Shown: positions 48,544 to 58,722 of the stretch, one piece after another
Position numbering within the stretch: position 1 is the stretch's first letter
How the letters are laid out: each line of letters begins with the position of its first letter
Source of the DNA: an uncultured Verrucomicrobiae bacterium
GTDB lineage: Bacteria > Verrucomicrobiota > Verrucomicrobiia > Chthoniobacterales > JAFAMB01
Direction of reading: 5' to 3'
DNA: 64,000 nucleotides
Assembly: GCA_963837955.1 (NCBI GenBank)
Contig: CAWIPH010000002.1
Span: forward strand, 1,376,001-1,440,000
The notes under the pieces: model-generated
Told to the model about the DNA's origin: nothing
The model's input: the letters and a program-made list of their open reading frames with translations, nothing else
Databases searched by the model: none
Translations under genes and position numbers: made by a program

Positions 48544-48569
48544 AGCGGCCCGCGGGGGGGCGGGCCGCT
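48544..48569 (+). terminator. GC-rich hairpin, possible terminator
   Basis: agcggcccgc-gggggg-gcgggccgct; weak U-tail. Confidence 0.45.
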
Positions 48570-48648
48570 CCTATCTATCGCCGCTGGAACACCGCCTGGA
48601 ATCGGCGCAAGGGTTGCGAGCTTCCCGGACAACTGCTTAATATGGTCG

Positions 48649-49269
48649 ATGCCTGTTTCTCCGCACACCTGGGTTAACTTCGCAATCGTTGCGCTAATCG
48701 TTTCCTTGGTCCCGGGTCCCGCCTTTATTGTGGTTTTATCGACCTCATTGCGACGGGGGTTTCGGGCGGCACTCCATGCCAATGCTGGTGTCGTAGCCGG
48801 TGACGCCATCTATTTTTTCTTCACCGCACTCGGCCTTGGTACGCTATTGGCCACATCGTATTGGGCGTTCACGATCGTGAAATGGTTAGGTGTCGCGTAC
48901 CTGGTCTATTTAGGTTTGCGTTCGCTGCTCTTTCCGGCGAGCGAAATTGTTGGTGAGAATCGAAGTTCGGGATCCGGACGCCGGGCGTTTATGACTGCGC
49001 TTACCATTCAATTGGCGAACCCAAAATTGTTGCTCTTTCTCGCCGCGTTGGTTCCGCAGTTTATCGAGATCGGACGGCCTGTTCCGGCTCAGTTTGCTGT
49101 TCTGGGCGGAACTTTTATGCTTACCGACGCGGTAGTTTACTTGATTGTCGGGCTGTTCGCGGCGCGTGCTCGACCGCTTTTATCGAAGCCTTGGGCAGCA
49201 CGCACCACCAGCCGAATCACCGGTGTGGCGATGCTTGGAGCAGCGGTTCGGATTGGCGCGGAACGGTGA
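48649..49269 (+). CDS. LysE/RhtB-family exporter
   Basis: PGP, KW.G..YL.YLG and NPK motifs. Confidence 0.92.
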   Translation: MPVSPHTWVNFAIVALIVSLVPGPAFIVVLSTSLRRGFRAALHANAGVVAGDAIYFFFTALGLGTLLATSYWAFTIVKWLGVAYLVYLGLRSLLFPASEIVGENRSSGSGRRAFMTALTIQLANPKLLLFLAALVPQFIEIGRPVPAQFAVLGGTFMLTDAVVYLIVGLFAARARPLLSKPWAARTTSRITGVAMLGAAVRIGAER

Positions 49270-49482
49270 GAAACGCCGACATCGCCGAGAAGCCGGCATC
49301 GCCGACATCGCCGAGAACGCCGGGAACGCCGGGAACGCTAAACGGCAGGAGGTAACTCGCGACAAGTCTAGCAAGCAAACTTGGCTCATTTACCGAAGGA
49401 AGGAAAAACCAAGAGGGAGCGTGGTAGCGCTATGAATTCGTTGCCGGCGTTCTCGGCGATGACGGCGCTTCCGGCGTTTCTC
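49270..49482. repeat. Inverted pair of 9-bp tandem arrays (GCCGACATC / GCCGGGAAC)
   Basis: Array at 49270-49338 and its reverse-complement-like array at 49438-49482. Confidence 0.75.
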
Positions 49483-49757
49483 AACGACTCGCGTAGTCTT
49501 TCAACCAAACCAGCGCTGGACGCTCACTACCATCCGCCCGCAATAAATAGGTCCCAGACCTCCAGGTGTGATGCAGTCTCTTACGGAGGATTTCCTCAAC
49601 TTAGATCTCTTCTTACAACGCCCCGCTAGCGAACTTGGCTATAATCCGTCCTCGGAAAAAGGGAGCGTCTGGCTTTGTTTCCTCCGCTCCCTTCTGTTTA
49701 GAATTCTTCTTTGTTTGCTTTTGGTTGGGCGTTCTTTGCGATCTTCTGTGAAGACAC

Positions 49758-51179
49758 ATGATCGACTGGAGCTTTCTCTATCTGTCAAGCGAATGGGCAA
49801 TTCGGGTAGCGATGCTGTTGTATGTCCCGCAACGAAGGAGTGCTTCGGCGTCGCGCACTTGGCTGTTATTCATTTTTCTGTTGCCATGGCCGGGGCTTGC
49901 GCTTTACGCGCTCGTGGGTCGAATCCGATTGCCGGCGCTACGGCGCAACTTGCAGCTCCAGGCGTCGCGTCAAATTGAAAAGGCGCAGGCCCAGATCGGC
50001 GATCGAATAACCCTGGAACCGGATCTCCCTGCTTCGCTCCAGATCATTCCGCAGCAGGCGCGAAAACTCGGTGCCTTCGAACCCTTCGCCGGCAACGCTC
50101 TGGAATTTCTCCGTGACTATGAGGGTAGCATCGATCGGTTGATCGAGGATATCGATTCCGCGAAGCAGCACGTACACCTTCTGACCTATATATACCTGAC
50201 CGATCGGACAGGCGGAAAGGTCACTGAAGCGCTCAAGAGAGCGGCTAAACGCGGCGTCGACTGCCGGGTCTTGCTCGACGCCGTCGGTTCCCGCGTCGCG
50301 CTCGAACGACTTGGGCCGGAGCTGCGAGCAGCAGGTGCAGAAGTCAGATCGATGTTACCGGTTGGATTGTTTCGCCGGAATGGCGCGCGGTTCGACCTGC
50401 GCAACCATCGGAAGGTCGTCGTGATAGATGGTCACATCGGGTACATCGGATCACAAAACATCGCTGATCCCACGTTTGTTAAGAACTATCCCAATGAAGA
50501 ATTGGTAGCCCGCGTCACCGGTCCAATTGTATCCCAACTGCAGGCAGTTTTTTTGGCGGATCATTATCTGGAGACCGAGGCGGCCCTGGATCGGGCAGAA
50601 CTCTTTCCAGACCTCGAACCGACCGGAAATTCGGTTGCCCAGTTGGTGCCGAGCGGACCCGGTTATGGCCAGGAAAACGGTCGAGACCTGATCATCTCGA
50701 TGCTGTACGAAGCCCGGCGCCGCGTCGTAGTAGTCACTCCCTATTTCGTGCCCGATGAACCTTTTCTGCAAGCGATGTGCGCAGCCGGCCAGCGAGAAAA
50801 CGTCGAAGTTCACCTGGTCGTTTCCAAACACGCCAACCAGCTGATAACCCAGTTCGCGCAACGCTCCTATTACGACGATTTGTTAGAGGCCGGGATCGAA
50901 ATTCACCTCTATCGTCCGCATTTCCTTCACGCCAAACTTCTGACCATTGATGACGACGTCGCCCTGGTGGGATCGACTAACATGGATATTCGCTCGTTTG
51001 CGTTAAACGCCGAAATCAATCTGTTGATTTATGACCGCGAGGTCGTGGAATACCTCAAGACAATCCAGCAAGACTATTTCGCTAATAGCGAACAGTTAAC
51101 TCTGGCAGACTGGTGTAAGCGGTCAGCGTTTGCTAAGATAGCGGAAAACACGGCGCGCCTGATGGATTCCTTCCTCTAA
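49758..51179 (+). CDS. cls: Cardiolipin synthase
   Basis: Two N-terminal TMs; two HKD motifs (NHRKVVVIDG, HAKLLTIDD); GS.NMD.RS..LN.E. Confidence 0.93.
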   Translation: MIDWSFLYLSSEWAIRVAMLLYVPQRRSASASRTWLLFIFLLPWPGLALYALVGRIRLPALRRNLQLQASRQIEKAQAQIGDRITLEPDLPASLQIIPQQARKLGAFEPFAGNALEFLRDYEGSIDRLIEDIDSAKQHVHLLTYIYLTDRTGGKVTEALKRAAKRGVDCRVLLDAVGSRVALERLGPELRAAGAEVRSMLPVGLFRRNGARFDLRNHRKVVVIDGHIGYIGSQNIADPTFVKNYPNEELVARVTGPIVSQLQAVFLADHYLETEAALDRAELFPDLEPTGNSVAQLVPSGPGYGQENGRDLIISMLYEARRRVVVVTPYFVPDEPFLQAMCAAGQRENVEVHLVVSKHANQLITQFAQRSYYDDLLEAGIEIHLYRPHFLHAKLLTIDDDVALVGSTNMDIRSFALNAEINLLIYDREVVEYLKTIQQDYFANSEQLTLADWCKRSAFAKIAENTARLMDSFL

Positions 51180-51185
51180 CGCACA

Positions 51186-51722
51186 ATGTCTACAAAGAGA
51201 GATCATGTCTTGATGAGGAACCTTGGAGCGACTCTAATTTCAGCATTGATCGGGATTACTCTCGCCGGTACTGCCAACGGCGAGGAACAATGGAAGACTT
51301 ACGTGAACGGACGCTGGGGATTTTCTTTAACCTACCCGCCATCTCTCACAGCGGGACCGTTGCCAACCAATGGGGCGGGACTGGAGTTTCATTCAGCATC
51401 CGAAGAGGTATCCCTTTCTGCTCAGGGTTCCCATATCCACGAGGATATCGGCGAAACTTTAGACGGTTTTTGGCGTCATGAGCTTTCCGAGCGCGGAGAG
51501 ACTGTCACGTATAAGCTGAAGAAAGATAATTACTACGTGATCTCCGGAGTTAATTCTAACGGTTACGAATTTTACCACAAAGTCTTCTTCTTTCCTGGGC
51601 GCTGGATTGAATTTGAGATCACCTATCCGCACGCCAAAAGCGCCATTTACGACCCATGGGTTGAGAGAATCGCCCGGGACTTTAATCCGTCATTGCCAGA
51701 GAGCAGAGCTTACGATCGCTAA
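51186..51722 (+). CDS. Secreted hypothetical protein
   Basis: Signal peptide; WKTY.N.RWGFS..YP start of the mature domain. Confidence 0.75.
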   Translation: MSTKRDHVLMRNLGATLISALIGITLAGTANGEEQWKTYVNGRWGFSLTYPPSLTAGPLPTNGAGLEFHSASEEVSLSAQGSHIHEDIGETLDGFWRHELSERGETVTYKLKKDNYYVISGVNSNGYEFYHKVFFFPGRWIEFEITYPHAKSAIYDPWVERIARDFNPSLPESRAYDR

Positions 51723-51839
51723 TCACAGATCAGTGATTTCTTTCAGTCATTCTGGGCCAAACAGAATGACTCGCCTTTGAAATGGTAACAATTCCCGCAA
51801 TCGAACTAACAGTTGCATCTTGTTCGGAGATTGCATCTT

Positions 51840-52366
51840 TGCGTCAAAATGAGGCCGATGTTGATTCTCTGCCCCGAAGGGGCGCCAGGAGGTCCGGTTT
51901 CATATTTAGGTGACACTTTTGTGTCACTAATTGGGTGACACTTGGGAGGAAAGAAAGCCTCTGGGTGGTCAGAGAAAAGGTAACAGAGCCTGGAGTGCTG
52001 CTTCTGGGCTTGGAGGCTCTTGGTACGCTATCACTGGCTGGCGCGACACCACTCCAGATCAAGCTCGAAACGGAATAAATGGCTGGGACCTGCCGAAGGC
52101 GGGGGGCCGCCAGTTATGCCGATTTCGAGCTTGATCTGGAGGCGCAGCGCCCGCCAGGGATAGCGTACCAAGAGCCTCCAAGACCAGACACAGCACTCCA
52201 GGCCCTGTTACCTTTTCTCTGACCCACCACGTGGCTTTTTCGCCTTCCAAGTGTCACCCAAATTATGACACAAAGTGTCACCTCAATAGTACACAAATGT
52301 TTACAACCGAAGACCTCCTGGCACCCCTTCGGGGCAGAGAGCCAACATCGGCCTCATGTTGACGCA
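51840..52366. repeat. ~527-bp imperfect palindrome (REPIN/MITE-like)
   Basis: Arms of about 250 bp are reverse complements around the central cctgccgaaggcggg. Confidence 0.9.
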
Positions 52367-52442
52367 GGGGCTAAACGCGGGGGTCCGCCTTCGCCAAGCC
52401 TTCGGCGCGACGCTTTCGCTCGCTTCTGCGTCGCGGGGCGAA

Positions 52443-52513
52443 AGCGGGTGAAGGGAATCGAACCCTCGTATGTAGCTTGGGAAGCTACCGTTCTACCATT
52501 GAACTACACCCGC
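52443..52513 (-). tRNA. tRNA-Gly(CCC)
   Basis: GCGGGTGTAGTTCAATGGTAGAACGGTAGCTTCCCAAGCTACATACGAGGGTTCGATTCCCTTCACCCGCT folds as a cloverleaf; CCA not encoded. Confidence 0.96.
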
Positions 52514-52619
52514 GGATATTAGTCGCCCAGCCGGGAACTGTTGGGACGACCGGATTCGGGGAGCGTAACGTTTTTGGATTCGGACGCAAGCCGAACCTCG
52601 CGAGGGAACGCAAGGATAA

Positions 52620-52726
52620 TCACAATCGTAATCGTCCTCGTGCTCGTCCTCGAGATTTCACTACGCCGCGGATCGCGAGGACGCGATCCCTCCCAAACCC
52701 CTATCGAGGACGAGGACGACGACGAA
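52620..52726. repeat. Hexamer (TCGTCC/GAGGAC) inverted arrays around a REP-like unit
   Basis: cgccgcggatcgcgaggacgcgatccctccc also occurs at about 37017-37048. Confidence 0.65.
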
Positions 52727-52808
52727 TCGGTCCGGCAGGAGCCGAACCCTACGGCTCGAGTTCGCTTATTCGACATTAAGGGAAGTTCAGCTTATCCTCC
52801 CGGTTCTA

Positions 52809-55049
52809 ATGCGTTCTCAGAAAGACGGCGTCGAGCCGCTCCGCCAGCGCTTGCTCAATTTGCTGGCACACCCCAAATATCAACCGCTTAATAAAACGGA
52901 TCTAGCGAAACGGCTCGATGTACCGGTCGAAGGCAGGGCAGCGTTTCGCCGTTTGCTCGTTGACCTGGAGGCGCAAGGTAAAATCACCCGCATCCGCAAG
53001 GAGCGTTATGTCCTGCCCCAGGAGGCAGACCTGGTCGTTGGCGTCTTGCAGATGAATCCGCAAGGATTCGGCTACCTCCTGAACACGACAGGGGATGGGT
53101 TAGGGGATGTCTTTGTCTCGGCCGAAAACACGAGTACGGCGATGCATCGGGACAAGGTGGTGGTGCGCCTCATTCGAGAAGAGGTGCCGCAGCTTCGGTC
53201 TGGACGTCAACGAGCCCGACGGCAAGGCAAGGTGATCAAGATCCTGGAACGTGCCAATAAACAGATTGTAGGGACGCTGCAGCAATCGAAAAAGTTTTTC
53301 TATGTGGTGCCGGATGATCCGTGTGTGATCCATGACATTTACGTTGAATTAGATCACAAACGAATGCCGCGGATGCCTCGGCTTAACGACAAAGTGGTGG
53401 TCCGCCTGGAACCATGGGAAAGCCGGCATCTTAACCCGGAAGGCGAAATCATCGAGGTTCTCGGTCCTGCCCGAGCGCCCGGTGTCGATATTCTCGGGAT
53501 CATCAAGAAGTACGACCTCCCGGTCGAGTTTCCCGCAAACGTCCTGGAGCAGGCCGAAAAAATTCCGGTGACGATACCGCCGGCGGCTCTGCGACATCGG
53601 GAAGATCTGCGGTCGGTGCCGGTATTTACGATCGATCCTGAAGATGCGCGGGATTTTGATGACGCGATCCATGTACGACGGGTGGGAGACCAATGGGAGG
53701 TCGGTGTGCATATCGCGGATGTTTCGCACTATGTATCACCTGGCTCCACCCTTGACCGCGAGGCATTGAAACGCGGCAACAGCGTTTACCTGCCCGACCG
53801 GGTTTTGCCAATGTTACCTGAGCGACTGTCCAACGGCGTCTGTAGTCTCCGTCCGGACGAAGATCATCTAACGAAGAGTGTGATCGTCCGGTTCGACGAG
53901 GCGGGACAGGTAAAGAGCCATCGGTTCGCGGCCACGGTAATCCGGAGCCGCTTTCGACTAACCTATGGTGAGGCATACGAGCGGTTGAAACGACAGCCCG
54001 AAAATCAACTCGATCACTTTCTTCACCAAGCCTGGAAGATCGCCGCGAGTTTGCGGGAACGGCGATTCAAGCAAGGGGCGCTCGATCTTGATTTTCCGGA
54101 AGTCCGTGTTCGCTTGGACCAAAACGGCAGAACTATCGGTCTAATTAGAGAAGAGAACGACATCTCGCATCAATTGATTGAGGAATTCATGCTTCTGGCC
54201 AACGAGATTGTTGGCCGCGAGACCAAGAACCGCTCCATACCGAGCGTCTACCGCGTCCACGAAGATCCGGATCCGGATAAGCTGCTTGAGTTCCGCGAGC
54301 TGGCCCGTGCGCACCGGCTAACGCCGGGTGACCTTTCGCAAAGACGGGTAATGCAAAAGTTTCTGAAATCAATCGAGGGCCGGCCGGACGAAGGGTTGTT
54401 GAAGGTCAGTCTGTTGCGCAGCTTGCGCAAAGCGATCTATTCTCCCACGCCGCTCGGGCATTTCGGACTAGCAAAAGCGGACTACACGCATTTCACCAGC
54501 CCAATTCGCCGGTACGCGGATTTGATCGTTCATCGAGCATTCAACGCGTTGCTGCCGGAACCTGCGGATCGGAAAAAATTGTTAAGTTCTAACCGGCTAG
54601 AGGAGGTGTGCGAGCATATTTCAACAACGGAGCGCATCGCAGCCGACGCCGAGCGCGAAGCCGTGCGCCTGAAGAAACTGGAGTATCTGGAAAGTCTAAT
54701 CGGCGGTCCACACAGGTTCCAGGCGACTGTCCTCGAAGTCCGGAACTATGGCTTGCTCGTCGAGGTGCCGGACGCGCTTATCACAGGCTTGATTCACGTC
54801 TCTTCGCTCGGAGGGGACTTCTACATCTACGACGGCGCCAAACAACAGATGTATGGGCGCCGGACGAAATTCACGCTAGGGTTGGGAGATCGCCTGGAGG
54901 TCGGGGTGGCGCGAGTGGACCGATTCAAGCAGCAAGTAGACTTTACGCTCATCCGCAAGGTGCCGCGACCAACCGAGATGGAGGCGCCGTCGAAAACCGG
55001 AGACGGGAAACGGAATGCAAGAGAGTTACGACATGAATTTGGAAAATAG
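52809..55049 (+). CDS. rnr: Ribonuclease R
   Basis: N-terminal HTH, cold-shock domains, TIDPEDARDFDDA, HFTSPIRRYADL and a C-terminal S1 domain. Confidence 0.95.
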   Translation: MRSQKDGVEPLRQRLLNLLAHPKYQPLNKTDLAKRLDVPVEGRAAFRRLLVDLEAQGKITRIRKERYVLPQEADLVVGVLQMNPQGFGYLLNTTGDGLGDVFVSAENTSTAMHRDKVVVRLIREEVPQLRSGRQRARRQGKVIKILERANKQIVGTLQQSKKFFYVVPDDPCVIHDIYVELDHKRMPRMPRLNDKVVVRLEPWESRHLNPEGEIIEVLGPARAPGVDILGIIKKYDLPVEFPANVLEQAEKIPVTIPPAALRHREDLRSVPVFTIDPEDARDFDDAIHVRRVGDQWEVGVHIADVSHYVSPGSTLDREALKRGNSVYLPDRVLPMLPERLSNGVCSLRPDEDHLTKSVIVRFDEAGQVKSHRFAATVIRSRFRLTYGEAYERLKRQPENQLDHFLHQAWKIAASLRERRFKQGALDLDFPEVRVRLDQNGRTIGLIREENDISHQLIEEFMLLANEIVGRETKNRSIPSVYRVHEDPDPDKLLEFRELARAHRLTPGDLSQRRVMQKFLKSIEGRPDEGLLKVSLLRSLRKAIYSPTPLGHFGLAKADYTHFTSPIRRYADLIVHRAFNALLPEPADRKKLLSSNRLEEVCEHISTTERIAADAEREAVRLKKLEYLESLIGGPHRFQATVLEVRNYGLLVEVPDALITGLIHVSSLGGDFYIYDGAKQQMYGRRTKFTLGLGDRLEVGVARVDRFKQQVDFTLIRKVPRPTEMEAPSKTGDGKRNARELRHEFGK

Positions 55050-55224
55050 CGTTCTTTTGATCGGAGCCGGCGAACCGTGAGTGGCTCGAAGTCAACCACT
55101 AACGGTCCTGCTGGCGCAATTAGCTGTTTACTGGCTGAGAAAAGTATGCGACCAAGTAGAATTCTTCCTTTGATCTTGCCGGTATAGGTAGAGAAAGGTA
55201 GACCGGATCCCCCCTCCAAGAGTC

Positions 55225-55440
55225 ATGGACAATGTTATTGTTACGAGAGAGTTGCAGGTTGAGCGTAAGCATTTCTTCATAGAATTCAGAGAAAACGAGC
55301 GCGGTCGTTTCATGCGAATTACAGAAGAGGCGCATGGCCGGCGGAACACGATCATCATCCCCAGCACAGGTCTGGACGACTTTATGTCCGCTGCCGGAGA
55401 TGTAATTCAATCCGCCGACCGCGTTCCAGCTGCTTCTTAG
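55225..55440 (+). CDS. PUR-family (Pur-alpha-like) ssDNA/RNA-binding protein
   Basis: QVERK.FFIE..ENERGRF.RITE....R.TIIIP pattern. Confidence 0.85.
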   Translation: MDNVIVTRELQVERKHFFIEFRENERGRFMRITEEAHGRRNTIIIPSTGLDDFMSAAGDVIQSADRVPAAS

Positions 55441-55786
55441 TCGGACTTTTCCGAACATCATAGGTCAGACCGGCGCGAGCCTGTTGCAGGATGCGCGACT
55501 TGCCTGATACGTTGCATTTTGAGCGACAAGCCCGATCCGTGTTCAAAGCGTCGGGATGAGCCATCAGGTTTCCTCGTCCACGGGGCTAGCAAAAATTGTT
55601 GCGGCTTGAGAAGAAGTTTCGGGCTGAGAATCGCTGCGGGGAGCGGAAAGTTGGCCCCAAGTTGAGATAATCCGTGGAATCCCGGTCGCTCGTTGACATG
55701 CCGGGTCGCTTCGTTAGTTTGACCGTTCTGGTGCCCAAGCGACAGGCCGGGATCTTTGCCTGTCCGCACTCACCAAATCTCCACCT

Positions 55787-58561
55787 ATGGCTAAAAAACT
55801 GAAGAGAAAGGCGGCCAAAGCGCCGTCCCGAAAACGCGCTGCGAAGAAGGTATCCGCGACGCCAAAAAAATTACGTTATGTCTACTATTTTGGCGACGGT
55901 AAGGCCGACGGAAACGGTTCGATGAAACCGCTGTTGGGCGGCAAAGGCGCGAATCTCGCGGAGATGACGCGAATCGGGTTGCCGGTTCCTCCAGGGTTCA
56001 CCATTACGACCGAGGTTTGCACGTATTTTTACGACAACAAAAAGCACTATCCCCCTGAACTTGAGGCGCAGGTGGAAACGGCTTTGGCAAAGATCGAGAA
56101 ATCGGTCGGCAAGAAGCTGGGAGATCGTTCCAACCCACTCCTGCTCTCAGTTCGTTCCGGCGCGCGCGATTCAATGCCCGGGATGATGGACACGATTCTG
56201 AATCTCGGAATGAATGATGAGGTGGTCGAGATCGTGGCAGAGAAGAGCGGCAATCCCCGTTTTGCCTGGGACTCGTATCGCCGATTTCTGCAGATGTACG
56301 GCGATGTCGTGATGGGTGTGCAAACGCGGGAAGGAGAGGATCACGAACCTTTTGAAACGGTGATCGAGGAAGTGAAGCATGCGGCCCAGGTCGAGAAAGA
56401 TAACGAGCTTTCTCCCGAACATCTGAAGACGCTGGTCGAAAAGTTCAAACAATTGATCAAAGAACGGACCGGAAAGACTTTTCCGCAAGACCCGCGACAA
56501 CAGTTATGGGGCTCTATTGGGGCGGTTTTCGGTTCCTGGAACAACGACCGCGCGATCGTTTATCGACGCAAATACGGTATTCCACACGAATGGGGGACGG
56601 CGGTGAACGTGCAGACCATGGTCTTCGGTAATCGTGGTGACACGAGTGCTACCGGCGTTGCCTTCACGCGCGATCCAGCGACCGGCGAGAAGGTTTTTTA
56701 TGGCGAGTATCTCATCAATGCGCAAGGTGAAGATGTGGTTGCTGGTGTGCGTACACCTCATCCGGTGGCGCAGTTGGCGCAGGAGATGCCGGCAGCTCAC
56801 AAGGAACTGATGAAAGTTCGGTCCCTGCTAGAGAAGCATTTTCGCGACATGCAGGACCTGGAATTTACGGTAGAAGACAATAAACTCTACATCCTCCAGA
56901 CCAGAAACGGCAAACGGACGGGCTTGGCCGCGGTTCGAATCGCGACCGATATGGTCACCGAGAAGTTAATTACCAAGGAAGAGGCAATCCGGCGGATTCC
57001 GGCGGATTCGCTTGGGCACTTGCTCGCACCAATTTTTGATCAAGCGAGTGTTCGCAACGCTCACAAGATCGCGACGGGATTAGCAGCTGGTCCAGGGGCA
57101 GCCAGCGGTCGCCTCGTTTTCAATGCCAAAGACGCGGTGGATCTGGCGCATAAGGGAGAGCGGGTGATCCTCGCTCGAATCGAAACCTCTCCGGAAGATT
57201 TGCGGGGAATGATCGCCGCCGAAGGGATTCTGACCGCGCGGGGTGGTGTCTCCTCACATGCAGCTCTGGTTGCTCGGCAGATGGGCAAAGTCTGCGTCTG
57301 CGGCGCTTCGGCGCTAAAGATCGATTACGCCGCCCAGACGTTGTCGGCTGGAACCACCACGCTCAAGCAAGGTGATTATATCTCAATTGATGGTACGGCG
57401 GGCGAAGTGTACGCGGGCGAAGTGAAAACGGCTGCCTCCGAGGTTGTGCAGGTCTTAGTCGAAAAGAAACTCAACCCGAAGAAAAGCCGGACCTATCAGG
57501 AATTCGCTTCACTGATGAGTTGGGCGGACAAGGCGCGCAAGCTTGATGTGCGAACGAATGCTGATTCTCCGGACCAGGTAGCAACTGCCATCTCCTTTGG
57601 AGCAAAGGGTATCGGTCTTTGCCGCACGGAACATATGTTTTTCGAGGGTGATCGAATCGACGCAATGCGCCAGATGATCCTCGCCCAAACGCTGCCTGAG
57701 CGGAAAGCGGCCTTAGCAAAACTATTGCCTTATCAGCGGGGCGATTTCGCCGGAATTTTCCGGGAGCTAAAAGGGTTACCGGCTACGATTCGTTTCCTCG
57801 ATCCGCCGCTCCACGAATTCTTGCCGCACACTGAGGCACAGCAAAAGGATCTCGCGGCGAAGTTGAATGTGCCGCTCGAGCACATTGCCCGCCGGGTGGA
57901 GGAATTGCATGAGTTCAATCCGATGCTTGGTCATCGCGGTTGTCGGCTCGGGATCTCGTTCCCGGAAGTTACGGAAATGCAGGCTCGCGCCATCTTCGAG
58001 GCAGCAGCTGAAGTGCAGAAGAGTGGTATCAAAGTTAATCCGGAGGTCATGATCCCGCTGGTTGGTTTCCCCAAGGAGTTGAAGCTGCAGATCGATATCG
58101 TGCACCGCGTCGCGAAAGAAGTAGCCAAAGAGCATAAGGTTAAATTCAACTATCTCGTTGGCACGATGCTGGAGATTCCGCGCGCCGCTTTGGTAGCGGA
58201 TGAAATTGCCAAAGACGCTCAGTTTTTTAGCTTTGGAACGAACGACCTAACTCAAACCACGTTGGGCATGAGCCGCGATGATTCCGGAAGCTTCCTGCCT
58301 CATTACCAGGAATTAGAAATCGTAAAGAATAACCCATTCGCCACGATCGATCAGCAAGGAGTCGGCAAGCTGATGGAGATTGCGCGTGACCAGGCGCACA
58401 AGAGCCGTCCTAACATCAAGCTCGGCATTTGCGGTGAGCACGGGGGCGATCCGGAGAGCGTTAAGTTTTGTCATCGGATCGGATTGGACTATGTCAGTTG
58501 TAGTCCATTCCGAGTGCCGATTGCTAAGTTAGCCGCTGCTCAAGCCGCGCTAGCCGACTGA
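55787..58561 (+). CDS. ppdK: Pyruvate, phosphate dikinase
   Basis: [42 protein letters not shown] and GICGEHGG motifs. Confidence 0.97.
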   Translation: MAKKLKRKAAKAPSRKRAAKKVSATPKKLRYVYYFGDGKADGNGSMKPLLGGKGANLAEMTRIGLPVPPGFTITTEVCTYFYDNKKHYPPELEAQVETALAKIEKSVGKKLGDRSNPLLLSVRSGARDSMPGMMDTILNLGMNDEVVEIVAEKSGNPRFAWDSYRRFLQMYGDVVMGVQTREGEDHEPFETVIEEVKHAAQVEKDNELSPEHLKTLVEKFKQLIKERTGKTFPQDPRQQLWGSIGAVFGSWNNDRAIVYRRKYGIPHEWGTAVNVQTMVFGNRGDTSATGVAFTRDPATGEKVFYGEYLINAQGEDVVAGVRTPHPVAQLAQEMPAAHKELMKVRSLLEKHFRDMQDLEFTVEDNKLYILQTRNGKRTGLAAVRIATDMVTEKLITKEEAIRRIPADSLGHLLAPIFDQASVRNAHKIATGLAAGPGAASGRLVFNAKDAVDLAHKGERVILARIETSPEDLRGMIAAEGILTARGGVSSHAALVARQMGKVCVCGASALKIDYAAQTLSAGTTTLKQGDYISIDGTAGEVYAGEVKTAASEVVQVLVEKKLNPKKSRTYQEFASLMSWADKARKLDVRTNADSPDQVATAISFGAKGIGLCRTEHMFFEGDRIDAMRQMILAQTLPERKAALAKLLPYQRGDFAGIFRELKGLPATIRFLDPPLHEFLPHTEAQQKDLAAKLNVPLEHIARRVEELHEFNPMLGHRGCRLGISFPEVTEMQARAIFEAAAEVQKSGIKVNPEVMIPLVGFPKELKLQIDIVHRVAKEVAKEHKVKFNYLVGTMLEIPRAALVADEIAKDAQFFSFGTNDLTQTTLGMSRDDSGSFLPHYQELEIVKNNPFATIDQQGVGKLMEIARDQAHKSRPNIKLGICGEHGGDPESVKFCHRIGLDYVSCSPFRVPIAKLAAAQAALAD

Positions 58562-58583
58562 TGCGCCAGGACACTAAATAACG

Positions 58584-58613
58584 TCGAGGGCCTCGTCTCG
58601 CGAGGCCTTTCGA
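58584..58613. terminator. Hairpin between convergent genes
   Basis: tcgagggcctcg-tctcg-cgaggcctttcga. Confidence 0.6.
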
Positions 58614-58722
58614 TTCGCGAAGTTTCTTCGTGTTCAAATGGCGATGACCGATAGCAAATAGCCAATAGCAAACTTGGCTATCTGCTATTTGTCATGGCCA
58701 TTCGGCGATAGCGAATGGCCCC

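Noticed and set aside
51844..52296. Pairs of similar short ORFs on opposite strands
   Set aside because: A direct consequence of the palindrome; the frames break differently in the two arms.
52443..52513. Prophage or island integrated at tRNA-Gly
   Set aside because: No integrase and no duplicate of the tRNA 3' end found by eye in this window.
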